From the human T2T-CHM13v2.0 reference genome, Homo sapiens, in assembly GCF_009914755.1 (NCBI RefSeq), contig NC_060947.1: DNA of 64,000 nt; one strand, written 5' to 3'. Positions 33,851-46,769 of this stretch are shown here, piece by piece; position 1 is the first letter of the stretch; each line of letters starts with the position of its first letter. The notes beneath the pieces were generated by a model that had not been told where the DNA came from, made no database searches, and worked only from the letters and a program-made list of their open reading frames with translations. A program made the translations under genes and the position numbers.

Positions 33851-35770
33851 AGTTCTTCACATGGAGTACAGCAGTGAATGGGCACAGACTGAAACATTTG
33901 AGAACAATGCCTGGAGTTCCTGCTTCATCACCTGCACACTGTGTGCCCTCATTTTAAAATCATTTCTCCCTTGATAGTGTTGACCTGTCATAATGGCATG
34001 TTTTCCCAAATGCATTGCTGACTGGACTAGATAAAGAGGAATGTGCTAAAGAAGACCTCATGCGTTTGCAGAAAGATCTTAATACACAAGTCTTAAAAAC
34101 CAACACCTTTAGGGTAACTGTCCCTAAAAAGATGTTTCAGAAATTGTAGTTAACATTTGATTACATGTAATCATTTCAAATTTAGCAAAGTCCTTTCTGG
34201 GTTTGGCTAGGTAACTTTTTCCCTCTTGCTTTTCATATTTCACTGATGTTTCAAAACCAATTTCTAGAGGAAGGGCTTGTCAATTTATACCAATCAAGTC
34301 CAAAATGGCCTCCTAAATGTATTTTTCTCTGGCTTTGTGTTCTTCGTTTATCACATGCTTTGTCATTGGTAAACCCAAGGCCATCTTACAGTCCCTCTTT
34401 TACTGAAAATGAATCACATTTATTTATAACTAAGACACCCTTAAGGGAAAAGGAGAGACCAAAGCAGCTGGTTTACTTAAGTACAGAACCAAGAAATGCA
34501 ATTTACCTCCTCAGTCTTTGCCCACCCTTTCCAAAGGCCATAATATATCCCTCAAAATAAGCACAATTGACTAAGATGTACTGCAACTGCAGGAAAGGAG
34601 ATATTGTTCAAAAACATAACCTTTTGACTAAAAAATATAATCATCTCATTACTGGCATAGATCAGAATAATCCAGACAACTGCATTTTATATGAAGATTG
34701 GTCTAAATGGAACCCGGAATTAACTCTAAAATGAGTGAGTGTTTGGAAAAATAAAGTAGTTCTTAGGTAGTGAAGGCTCTGAGCTGCTGATTGTGTATCT
34801 GTGTTGGATAACACCTTAAAATGCGTAAAACCTCACCAATAAAGAGGCTTCTTTGTGGCTGTTTTTCTATAAACCACAGAGCACTTCTGTTTACTTTTAC
34901 TAAAGAATGAGATGAACGCAAGCTGAAGAGTAGCAAATGAAGTGGCTGTCAACAGACACTTCTAATGGATAAATCTATTTAAAAAAAAATCAGATTGCTC
35001 TTTGAATTGGGAGAAAAGGATAATAGATGCTGGCAGAGCCACCTGAGGCAATTTGCCTGGATCTCAGAAAGGTATTTGCTAACCTTGGCACAGTAAACTA
35101 ATAAATAAAATAAAGAAACTTAAAAATCAGTGCTAACATTCATACATGAAAATTATCCTGGCTGGAGTTTGAGGTATATTATTTTAAACAGAGGGATACC
35201 ACATTGTCATGGTAACTAAGACAGAAAAGAACTCCTGGTATTTGCTTAGGCAAGGCAAGCTATCAAATAAAATTCTTTTCTAAACAATAAAGTTCTTTGA
35301 CAGAAAACATGTAGGTTTCCTATATAAGACTAAGCATATAATCTAAGTAAATCTTGTTAACTTTAATGTTTAATCATTGCTTTTACATAAAGGGAAATCA
35401 CTCTTGCCTGTTAACTCAAATTGTAATTCCTTAATTTTTTTTCTTGGAAACCCATTTGCAAAAAACAGTGTGCTTCCCAGGCACATAGTTTAATACCAAA
35501 GGCATGGCAAAGAAGGCTTTTATGACCTGCTTCCAACATATGTCTCAACATTAATTTCCCTCATACCCATGTTCCTGCCATGTTCTTTAAGCTCTAATTA
35601 TTTAAGAATATCCATTATTTCTAGAACAGGCCATTTGCCTCCATCTAACTTTGTCATATATTATTCCCTCCATCTAGAATGCTCTTCCTGCTTCCCTTAC
35701 CTCCCCCACCTCCCACCTAACAGCCTAGCAAAATCTTACTTATCCTGATCTCATTAAGAAACAGTTCCCC

Positions 35771-36100
35771 AAGATCATGTCCTTTGCAAGGACATGGATG
35801 GAGCTGGAAGCCATTATCCTCAGCAAACTAACACAGGAACAGAAAACCAAACGCTACATGTTCTCACTTATAAGTGGGAGCTGAACAATGAGAACACATG
35901 GACACAGGGAGGGGAACAACACACACTGGGGCCTGTCAGGGGGTCGGGAGGAGGAGAGCCTCAGGATCAATAGCTACTGCATATGGGGCTTAATACCTAG
36001 GTGATGGATTGATAGGTGCAGCAAACCACCACGGCACACATTTACCTATGTAACAAACCTGCACGTCCTGCCCAATGTATCCTGAAACTTAAAATTAAAT
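35771..36100 (+). mobile_element. Short L1PA 3' end
   Basis: 'atcatgtcctttgcaaggacatggatggagctgg...cctgaaacttaaaat'; TSD aagaaacagtt(c/t)cc flanks L1 plus Alu. Confidence 0.9.
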
Positions 36101-36103
36101 TAA

Positions 36104-36406
36104 TTTTTTTTTTTAAAGACAGAGTTTTGCTCTGTTGCCCAGGCTGGAGTGAAGTGGTGTAAGCTCGACTCACTGCAACCTCTGCCCCCCGGGTTCAAGT
36201 GATTCTCCTGCCTCAGTCTCCTGAGTAGCTGGGATCACAGGCATCTGCCACCACGCCCAGCTAATATATATATATTTTGTATTTTTACTAAAGACGGGGT
36301 TTTGCCATGCTGGCCAGGCTGGTCTCAAACTCCTGACCTCAGATGATTCACCTGCTTCAGCCTCCCAAAGTGCTGGGATTGCAGGCGTGAGCCACTGCGC
36401 CCTGCC
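36104..36406 (-). mobile_element. AluS inserted in the L1PA tail
   Basis: Full dimer; TSD approximately taaatta(a)attttt. Confidence 0.93.
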
Positions 36407-36689
36407 TAAATTAAATTTTTTAAAAAAGAAACAGTTTCCATGTCTCTTCCTTTGTGAAACTGTCCCCAAGCAAAGTTAGTTCTCCTTTCCTTTGTTCCCC
36501 GACAGTCCATACACCAACTTCAGGCATGGCTGTACTCTACTACAATCCCCTGCTTACATGCCAATCCTCCTATCCAGGGCATGAGCTCCCCAAGGACATA
36601 GACATACTCTCAAACATCTTTGAATTCCCAGGGTCTTCCCCATAGCTACTGCCCAATGCATGTGGGATAAAGGAACTTAAGTGTAATGA

Positions 36690-37487
36690 CTGCTGTTGGT
36701 TCCCTGCCCGTAGCTTCTTGCCTCTTACTTTTTCAAAGCACATCAGTTCAAGTTCTGTGAGTACCTGTGATGTTTTGCCAGGGGGCTTTCTTTGGCTACT
36801 AAAGCCTACTCTTCCCACACCCAAGCTGAAAGCATAGGACAGGCTAGAGGTACAGGAGTAGTCTTCAACCAATGACTGACATGAGCTAGTGGATAAAGAC
36901 TCCATTCCACTCACCCCTTAGAAGGGAGGACTCTGAGTTGCATGATCTACACTGTCAATCAGAATTCCCCAGAGTCAGATTAAGCTTGAGTTGCCCTTAG
37001 TTTTTATGTCTTTTTTATTGATATATAACAGATGCACATATTTGGGAGTATATGTGATAATTTAATACATTTATATAATTTGGAAAGATCAAATCCGTGT
37101 AATTGGGATAATCATCACTTTAAATATTTAACTTTTCTTTATGTTAGAAACATTTAAATTATTCTCTTCTAGCTATCTTGAAATATACAAGATTATTGTA
37201 AACTATTGTCACCCTACTGACCTATTAAACACTAGGTCTTATTTCTTCTATCAAACTGTATATTTGTACCCATTGATCAACCTCTCTTTATCCCTCCTCC
37301 CACCTACCATTCCTGACCTCTAATAGTATCAATGTCTTGAAAACACACCCTGCAATGACTTCCTTTCCTTTTCTATCTAATTTCCCCACTCTGCTACTGG
37401 TGTTTCCTAGAACCATGTCCCACATAAACTACTTGCAATCAAATCCTTGTCTCCAGGTTACCTTGTGAGGGAACCCAAATTAAGAAA
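36690..37487 (+). mobile_element. ERVL LTR16-like, split by L1MA
   Basis: 3' end 'aaactacttgcaatcaaatccttgtctccagg...gggaacccaaattaaga'. Confidence 0.65.
37010..37322 (-). mobile_element. L1MA (MA6-8 type) 3' end
   Basis: 'aaagatcaaatccgtgtaattgggat...ttctagctatcttgaaatatac'. Confidence 0.8.
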
Positions 37488-37639
37488 ATAAAATACTGAG
37501 TTGAATGTAGCACAAAGTTTCAACGGGGTATCAGTCAAGATGAGTGTATTTTTTTAGAGATTGCTTGATTTGACTTGCTCTTTAAGATCAAATGCATACT
37601 TTCCTAGATCACCTGCCCCAAAATTGGAAGTTTTGACTT

Positions 37640-37890
37640 ATTTCTTGAAATAATAGATGGCTTTTAAGGCTGTTTAAGCAAAAGAATAGCATAACAGAAG
37701 CAGTGTTTTAGGAAAGCTATTCTGGCAGCAGTATACGGATAGATGGATGATAAAAGGAGGACACTGGGGAAGCTGAGTAGTCATTGCTAATGCAGGAATT
37801 TTCAGATAGGAAATGAAGGTCTGTTCTAGGATAGCAGCCTCGGAAATAAAAAGTAAAAGGCAAATATGAATGATAGTGAAGAAACAAATA
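37640..37890 (-). mobile_element. L2 fragment
   Basis: 'ttttaggaaagctattctggcagcagtat..ggatagatgg'. Confidence 0.6.
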
Positions 37891-37959
37891 GCTCAATCAT
37901 TCCTGTCAAGCTGTGACTATTTGCCAGTTGCTACTGAATCCAAAGAGAAGCAGCAGAGT

Positions 37960-38150
37960 ATAGCACAAAAAGACAAGGCCTGAGCTCCAGCTGAGCTTCT
38001 GCTAATGACTCTTGGTCAAGTCGCTTGGCTTCAGCTTCCACATCTGTTAATCAAGACAGATGAGAACAATAATTCCAACCCTGCCTGCTTTTACAGAGTT
38101 TTTCCAACTATTTAATGAGATGCTGTCTATAAAAATGTTTTGAAAGTTAT
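37960..38150 (+). mobile_element. MIR-family SINE
   Basis: 'cttggtcaagtcgctt...cagcttccacatctgttaa'. Confidence 0.6.
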
Positions 38151-38439
38151 AAAGAGCTAAAGACATTTGATATACTTTTACTGCAGAATATATACATGTC
38201 ATAATCTCAGTCTACAATCAAAAGTAAGAAAGAATAATCAAGCATCACAACAGTAAAAAAATGGCAGCATTATACATCGATCAAATGCTATTGTAAATTG
38301 AGCAATGCAGACTATTAGATACAAGAAATTATAATAAATGTATTAATCTTGCAACCCACTGAAAGCAAAAGAACTCAATGAAAGGAGGAAAAAACACAGT
38401 GAGCTGGATTTGGCAGAAAAGCTATAGTTAAACGTTTCA

Positions 38440-39745
38440 TATATTTATGATCAATTGATTTTCGACAAGTGTGCCAAGACAATTAAATGGGGAAAGAATA
38501 GTCTTCTACAAATGCTGCTAGGGCAACTGGATATCCACATGCAAAAGAATGAAATTGGACCCCTACTTTACACCATACACAAAAAATTAACTCAAAAGGA
38601 CCATAGACATAAATGTAAGGGCTAAAACTATAAAACACTTGGAAGAAAATATAGGAGTATATCCTTATGACCTTAGGTTGGGCAATCATTTCTGAGATAT
38701 GACACCAAAAGCATAAGCTACAAAAGAAAATAATACATAAATTGTGCTTCATCAAAATAAAAACATTTGTGCTTCAAAGGACACTATCAAGAAAGCGAAA
38801 ACTAAAACCCACAGAATGGAAGAAAATATTTGCAAATCATATATCCGATAAGGGTCTAATAACCAGAATATATTTCTTAAAACTCTTGTGACTCAACAAT
38901 AAAAAGACAAATAACCCAATTTTAAAATGGGCAAAGGATCTGAACAGACATTTCTCAAAAGAAGATATATAAATCACCAATAGGCACATGAAAAAATGTT
39001 CACTATCATTAGTCATCAGAAAAATGCAAATCAAAACCACAATTAGATATTACTTTACATCGATGAGGATGGCTATAATAAAACAGAAAGACAATAACAA
39101 GGGTTGTGAGGATGCAGAGAAATTGGAACCCTCATATATTGCTGCTAGGATTATAAAAAGGTGCAGCCACTTTGGAAAACAGTCTGGCACTTTCTCAACA
39201 TGTTAAATAGAGAGTTACCATATGACCCAGCAATTCTGCTCCTTTTTAGATGCCCAGGAGAATTGAAAACATGCCTACACAAAAACGTGTACACAAATTT
39301 CATAGCAGTACAAAGTGGAAACAACCCAAGTATCCATCAATCAATGAAGGATAAACAAAATGTGGTACATCCTCACAGTGGAATATTATTTGGCTATAGG
39401 AAGGCATGAAGTACTGATTCATCCTACCACTGTTAAAAAACAGTAATGCTAAGTGAAGGAAGTCAGTCACAAAAGACCACATCTGAATGCATTTATGAAA
39501 TTTCCAGAATAGTCAAATCCACAGAGACAGAAAGTATATTAATGGTTATCAGGGACTAGGGGAAGGGAGCAATGGGAAGTGATCACTAAGGGGTACAAGG
39601 TTTATTTTTGGAGTGATGAGGATTTTTTGGAATTAGATAGTAGTGATGATCACACAACTTTGTGGACACACTAAAAAACACTGCATTGTACACTCCAAAC
39701 AGGTATAATTTATGGTATTTGGATTGTATCTCAATTTTAAGATTG
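38440..39745 (+). mobile_element. L1MB (MB7-like) ORF2 end and 3'UTR
   Basis: [18 protein letters not shown]; 'tccagaatagtcaaatccacagagacagaaagta'. Confidence 0.88.
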
Positions 39746-39804
39746 TATATTATGTTATTCCATTTCTTTTTTTTAATTTGTTTATCTCCTCAAATTCCTT
39801 TTAC

Positions 39805-40235
39805 CAGTGATTCCATTTCTATAACATTCTTGAAGTAAAAAAATATATAGTGATGGAGACTAGATTAATGATTGACAGGGCATACGGTTGAGGGAGGGTG
39901 TAACTATAATGAGGTAACATGAGGGAGTTCTTGGGATGGAACAGTTCTGTTACACGTATCTATAAATGTTATAGAAATTCATAGAATTATATGAGAGAGA
40001 GAGGGAATGTAAAAACTAATGAAACCAAGTAAAGTATGTAGTTGAATTAATAGAGTTGTACCAATGTTAGTTTCTTAGTTTAAATAATGCACTATGGTTA
40101 TGTAAGATGTTATCATGGGGAGAATTTTTTGTAAGAGATGTTACAAGGGAAAACTGGATGAACGGCACATGGGAACTCTCAGTACTATTTTTGCAACTTC
40201 TTGTGAATCAAACTATTTAAAAGTTAAAACATATA
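39805..40235 (+). mobile_element. L1MC/L1MD 3'UTR
   Basis: 'ggttatgtaagatgttatcat...gggaactctcagtactatttttgcaacttcttgtgaatc'. Confidence 0.7.
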
Positions 40236-41629
40236 TACAAATAAATTGTTTTTTAAAAACCATTCATGGTGCGACCTAGACACAAGCAGGTAAGTCCCAA
40301 CCACAATCTCCCTTTGCTCAGGGATTTAAACCTTTGAGATTTGTTCCTGGTTGCCTAGAACTCAAGATGACAGGTCCCCCATGTGATTTACCTTTCCCCT
40401 GAATATCCAAAGCTAAGTGATTTCTGCTCAGCTCTCCCCCGGCCTCTGCTGCTTGGTTTCTAGAGCAAAAGCCTTTTCTGTCTGAGCCCTTACTCTTCCT
40501 ACTTGGATCACAATTGCAAGAAAACCCACCTGCCACACAACTCAGGGGAATCCCCTCAAGTCTGCCCACCAGCCTCAAAGACCTCTCTGCTGACCCAGTT
40601 CAATGAACTTTCCCACAACCCATGCATTCTCCATCAACCCCTTCAGTCGCTGTTTTACCTTTTCTGGTAAGGAGAGAAAACTGCTCCTATTTTGTGTCCT
40701 ATAACCTTCTCCCCCTACACATCAACTCCCTAGCCAGTCTGGAGAGCCTTTCCCTTATGCAGGAATCTCTTTGTCCTTTTCTTAGGGATCCACTTTAGCA
40801 CTTCAAATAAAATCATCCTCTACTCACACTTCCTTTACACATCTCGCACTCCTACTCAGCAGCCCTAAACCAGGGTACCCAATGGGCTTTTGGGGGATGT
40901 GTTTCCTTCCATTATTCAGCATCCAGAGCCTGGCTCAGAACAAGGGTGCACAGGTAATTGACAATAATCCTATCCTTCCTTTTAAATATTAAGGCGTGTA
41001 ACACTCTAATTTTATTTTTAATCCCATGAATCCATTGGTTTCTCCCCACCACCACCACCACTCACCCTCCACTGTGGAGTAACCCCCTTTTAAATTCAAA
41101 TTCTCTTTTTCTCTTTTTGAGGAAGGAGTTACTTTGGCAAAACCTGGCATTGCCTAGGCGCTGATAACCAAACACGACAACATCCTGTTGGCTATATTAC
41201 TAGTGTAAGTAAATAAATATGTCCATCAAGACCCAGGGTCCTGATTAATCCAGAAAATTGCTTGAGTATCCATCTAGAAATTGTCATTAGTGCAAGATGA
41301 AGGATTTCAGAGGCATGGAAATTGGAAATTGACCTATTAAGATCCAGTGGCTCCTGCTGTCAGAAATATTGTAAAATCAATTTGTCAGCAGAGCTACAAA
41401 TGCCTATGGGAAGTTATGCTTTGCGGATGTTTCCTCTGGCATGAGGCCTTCCTCCTCCCATCAGGTGTCAAGATGGTCTCTGGTTGTGATGACACAGGTA
41501 CTCTGTGTAACACGCTCCACTCTTGCCAGCTGCATAGTATTCCTTGGTGTTAAAATCAGCACTTCAGAGATTTCCATTTCCTTTGTTGTTGGTGAGAAAC
41601 TTTCACTTCAGGTCCTTGGAGCTGTTATG

Positions 41630-41770
41630 ATTATTTTATATTTATTTTTAATATTTATATATTTAATCTACTGAAATATTTTGTTTATATATTTGATATT
41701 ATTTAATATATTCAAATATTTCTATTTTATATTTACATATTTCCGTATTTTATACTTAATGTTAATTGTA
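41630..41770. repeat. AT-rich low-complexity tract
   Basis: Read directly. Confidence 0.8.
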
Positions 41771-42073
41771 TTTGGCCTCAGTAGCAACAACATCAGAATA
41801 AAATTTTTCCTTGAATCTCAAATTACTAGTGAACAGATGTCTTTTTATGATGTGCCTATGGTTTTAGAATAAGTTCTCTTTTCGAACATTGTGAAATAGT
41901 AGAAAAGGCTCAGAATAGCATCCGTCAGAGTTCCTACAACCCAACTATAACTAAGTAATGTTGAACCACATAAGAAGAAATCTAAATTCTCCTACCCAAT
42001 TAATTTTCTTCCAACCTCAGTTCATAAGATAAATTGGAACCCAGTTGGAATAAGTTTGTCACTGATTGGTCAC

Positions 42074-42247
42074 CAGGACCAGCTACATAATTTGCAGGGC
42101 CTAGTACAAATGAAAATGTGGGGGCCCTTGTTCAAACAGTAAGAATTTTAAGACAATGAGAACAGAGCACTAAACCCAACTTGAGCCCTTTCTAAGCACA
42201 GGGCCTTGTGCAACTGCACAGGCTGCACACCCGTGAAGCCAGTCCTG
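42074..42247 (-). mobile_element. MER45A hAT-Tip100 MITE
   Basis: TIRs caggaccagct...agccagtcctg; 'aatgaaaatgtgggggcccttgttcaaa'. Confidence 0.85.
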
Positions 42248-43362
42248 CTCCCTACCATTAAACTCCACTGTGACCTTGGAAATGACTTGGGACCTCAAGG
42301 TTGAAAACCAGCCCTGTGTACCTTCTGAGTTAAGAAATCAGAATTTAAACATGTTTCAGAAGGGCTTTGGTTCATAGTCAAATGACCTGGAGAAGCCAGT
42401 GTATCAATTGTAGATTTCTTCTGGGAACCCATCTATAGTAGTTCATCCAGATAGGGATGCATTATTTTCTGGCACCAAGAATTCTGGATTGCCTCTGTAA
42501 TTATCTGAACAGCATAAAATTTAAATTGACGATATGAATTGGACTCACATGAATAGCCTGCTTCTAGAAAAGAAGAGTGCCTCTTTTTTTAACTTTCAGA
42601 TGATGAGCGTACAGAGTTACCCAGGATCAGCAGTGATAATGAATCAGCCAGGAGAGTGTATCAGTCACTTAGGTTTCCCTGGCTGTAAGCAACAGAAACC
42701 AACTCTGGTTGACTTGAACATGAGGCAACTTATTGGATGACTCTTGCTACAAATAAACCCTCTTCCTTTGCCTCAAATAATTTTTCAACCCTGAATAGCT
42801 GAGCAAGCACAAGCAACAATCTGAACCCTTCTATGCCTCAATTGTTTATTGGTTAATGGAATATGAATTTAACTTGTAGGGTGTTTTTAAGTGTTACATA
42901 CACTAAAGACAAGTATCTTGAATAATGCCTGATAAATGACACTCAAAAAATGTTAGTATTTACCCCTTTATAATCAGTTATACATTCTTCCTTGTGTCAT
43001 GGCTATTTGTGTACAAATACACTGAAATGAAGGGATACTAGACTTTGGAACCATCTGGGTCCTACTTATAGCTTTTCCACTTACTAGTTGTGTGATCTTG
43101 TTCTGTTTACCACTATACTTCCACCACCCAGTATAGTACATATCACTTAGAGCAAGAGCTCAAGGAACAGTCATTGAATGAGTGAAAAAGTGAACTTTTC
43201 TGAGCCTCAGTTCTCCAAGTATAAATTAGACAATAACTGGCTCACTATATCAAGATATTTCAAACTGGAAAAATATAAACATTGCCTGACACAGTCCTTA
43301 ACTGCATATTTGCTGCTCTATTAATGTTAGTTTCTTTCCTTTCTCAAAAAACTGGTATTTCT

Positions 43363-43530
43363 GGCTGGGCGCCAGAAATTTCTGGCTCATGCCTGTAATC
43401 TCAGCACTTTGGGAGGCCAAGGTAGGAGGGTCGCTTGACCCCAGGAATTCAAGGTTATGGTGAGCTGTAATCATGCCACTGCACTCCAGCCTAGGCAATG
43501 CAGCAAGACTATCTCAAAAAAAAAAAAAAA
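43363..43530 (+). mobile_element. FLAM_C-type Alu monomer
   Basis: Single Alu monomer with A tail; degenerate TSD aaaa(t)actg.tattt. Confidence 0.85.
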
Positions 43531-44324
43531 TACTGATATTTTCAATGAATAAAAAAATGGCCTTGGAGTGCGGTCCATTTCATATACTCATTAAATCAAT
43601 GAGTAGTTGTATTCAATTAGATTTGAACACTTGTTTTAAAAACATAAATATAAGGGCCACAGAGGAATCCACTTCAATTTTAATTGAAGATAATTGAAAT
43701 ACACATTTCCATAAGAGGCCAGACAAAATATAAATCATTTCTTTTTTCACCCTTCATTATTTCAAAAGGTGTCAAATTATTGATGTACACTCAGAAAGTG
43801 ATTTTGATGGACTTTGAAGAAATAGGAACAAAAGGACACTTATAATAAAGCACATGCCTGTTATTATTTTAGCTCTAAAACTAGAGTGGATGAAATAGAA
43901 AACTTCCTATTTCTTCAAATTATTGAGGATTGGTCACTCTGAAAACAAATTTATACCCACTTTAAGATATGCTTGGAAAATAATATCACTGTAATAAACT
44001 GAAATTCAATGTGGGCTCCTTTCCCTATAGGACCCAACTGGAGCAAGTAATTTTCTACTAATCTGTGTTGTTATAGAAACACAGGCAAGAAAGAATAGCT
44101 TGGGAACTTGGTTTTTTCCACAACAAAAAATAAAAGCTGCTCTTTTCATTTAAAAATCTTTCAATTGCTTTTTATTTCATTCCCTTCTATCTTGCAGATG
44201 GTTTATTTTCTTTTCTTGATTGTTTTCCATTTCACTGATAAAAGAGAAAACCAACCGCAAAATTCTTGTGTCAGATGTATACCCTGTTGATGACATAGCT
44301 ATCTTAATTTTTCAGTTATGGACC

Positions 44325-44508
44325 TTAAAGAGTATAACTGTATTGTTTGCAAATGAAAGGATAAATGCTTGAGGGGATGGATACCCCAATCTCCATGAGG
44401 TGCTTATTTCAAATTGCATGCCTGTATCAAAACATCTCATGTACCCCTTCAATATATATACCTACTAACCTACTACGTACACATAAAAATTAAAAACTGA
44501 AAATAAAC
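44325..44508 (+). mobile_element. Short L1MA 3' end
   Basis: 'aaaggataaatgcttgaggggatggatacccc...tgcatgcctgtatcaaaacatctcatgtacccc'. Confidence 0.88.
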
Positions 44509-44888
44509 ATTTTTTTTTTTAGTTTCAGTTATGGGGTTTAGGTACATGATACAATAGTTCTGTAATTTTTGTCCTCTCTAAAGTATACTGGCAAAAATTG
44601 AGCAATAGCAAAACATCTGTGTATGTGTGTTTGTGTATTTGTGAATGGGGATGTGTGTGTGTGTACAAAGCACAGAAGAAGCTATAGTCTAATTTAAGTG
44701 ATAATTGTTTTTAATAAAAAATGCCCTTTACTAATTATTAGCTCTAACTTTAAAAAATATTTCTTTATAGCAATGCAAGAAAAAAAAACAATATAAAAAT
44801 GAAGATAAGAATGTGATATGGGTCACAGGTTGATCATCAGAAAAGCTGGACTTTCAGTTCTCGTTTCACTGCCAACTGGCTGTCTGAC

Positions 44889-45397
44889 TGTGGTAGCCAG
44901 CCTCCAAGATGGCATCCAGTGATCTCTTCTTTCCAGCATTCATGCCCTTATGTAGTCCCCCTCACATTATATCAGGGTAGGCCTGCATGACCAATAGAAC
45001 ATGGCAAAAAATGATACTGCATGACTTCTGAGGCTAGACCATAAAGGACATTGTGGCATCTATCTCTTGCTCCCTCTTGAATCACTCATTCCCAGGGAAG
45101 CTAGTTATCATACCACTCAAGCGGCCATATGGAGAGGCCCACCTGGTGAGGAACAGAGGTTTATGACCAACAGTCACTTCAGTGAGCTTGGATGGAGACC
45201 TTCCAGAATTAGGCAAGCCTTCTGATGACCACAGTTTTGACTGACATTGTGATTACAGCGTCATGGGAAACTCTGAGCCAGAACCACCATCTAAGCAGTT
45301 CCCAAATTCCTGACAGTAACTCTAACATAATAAATATCTATTTTTTAAGCCACTAAATTGTAGAGTAACTTATAGGTAGAAATAGATTACTAATACA
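44889..45397 (+). mobile_element. MaLR LTR (MLT1F-like), inserted in a MIR
   Basis: TG...CA ends 'tgtggtagccagcctccaagatgg' and 'actaataca'. Confidence 0.85.
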
Positions 45398-45609
45398 GCA
45401 ACCCAGTAGAAAAAACCACTTTATGTTTCCATTTCTCAGGTTGTTTTTATTGAGTCAACAACTATTTACTGCCTAGTGCATCAGGCATTATTAGAATGTG
45501 AGTGTTAGAGTGAATGTTCCTGCCAGAAATCACAATAGAACCCGCAGTTTGCTAGATCAAATGTTCACTTTTAGAAAAAGTTCAAATACTACCTGAAACC
45601 AATACCATT

Positions 45610-46035
45610 GATTGGCTGACCCAACAATAATTTCCTTGTCCCTTGTTGCTTTCAAACTTAGGCACTGGAAACACAACTTGTTGGCTTTCCCAGTCTCTCT
45701 TGCCACCAGTGGTGGCCATATAACCTAATTCTGGCCTATGAGAGAGAAACACATTTTTTTTAAGGATTTCCAGGAAATATTTTGCTTTCCTAATAAAATA
45801 GGCAAATATGGCTTGTACCACTCTTTCCCCTTTTTTTCTTCCCAGTGTCTGGAGCTGCAGCTGCCATCTTTTAGCCATGAAGAAAGGCCTCAGGAATTAA
45901 GAGACTCTTGCCTTGATATAGTTGAACTGCAAAATTAATGCCAGGGCCTTCCTGCCTCCAGAGATATAGAACTCTACAAGGCATAAAAGTTGCATTTTCT
46001 ATTACTTGTTGCCAAATACAATCTTAATTGACACA
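45610..46035 (+). mobile_element. Old MaLR LTR (MLT1J/K-like)
   Basis: 'ctggagctgcagctgccatctt'; terminal 'ttaattgacaca'. Confidence 0.6.
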
Positions 46036-46215
46036 ATGCCATAGAAAGTGTTTGCTTTCAAAAAAAAAAATAATAAGGAAGGGTTTATCTCCCAATACAT
46101 CTCTGAATTCCATGAATTATTGGTACATATTTTTGCTAATACCAACACCAACATCAGCCAAAAATGCCCCTTCATGCCTTCCTAAACAATAGGCAATAGC
46201 ATGTTAGTAATACTG

Positions 46216-46370
46216 GCTGGGCATGGTGGCTCACATCTGTAATCCCAGCACTTTGGGAGGCTGAGGCAGGAGGATCACTTGAGCCCAGGAGTTTGAGGCT
46301 GCAGTGAGTGATCATCACACCACCGTAATCCAACCTGGGCAACAGAGTAAGAACTTGTCTCTAAAAAAAT
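46216..46370 (+). mobile_element. FLAM_C-type Alu monomer
   Basis: Single monomer; flanking taatact repeats. Confidence 0.88.
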
Positions 46371-46379
46371 TAAAAATAA

Positions 46380-46620
46380 TACTCAACATTTCTCGAATGC
46401 CTACCATGTGCCAAGCACTGTTCTAAGTGCTTTACAAGTATTAATTCATCTAATCTTTACAATAATTCCTCAAAGTCAATACTATTATTTTCTCCATTTT
46501 GCAGATGAAGAAACTGAGGCACAGAGAGATTAAAAAAAAAAAACTTGCAAGGCTTCACAACTAATTAAGTGGTAGAGCTGGAACTTAAACCAAGATCATT
46601 CAATTCAATTTCTATCTCTG
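46380..46620 (-). mobile_element. MIR SINE
   Basis: 'ccattttgcagatgaagaaactgaggcacagagagattaa'. Confidence 0.85.
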
Positions 46621-46769
46621 CCATTTTGCTTCCTTATCTGACATTAGCAGATGAAGCAATGAAGATAAGAAAAAACAACCATTTGCGCTCCTCAAATGCA
46701 CAGGATCTTCCACATTATGAAATTTTAAGTTCCTTGAATATTTTCTACTTAGGTAACTTTTAAAAAAAA

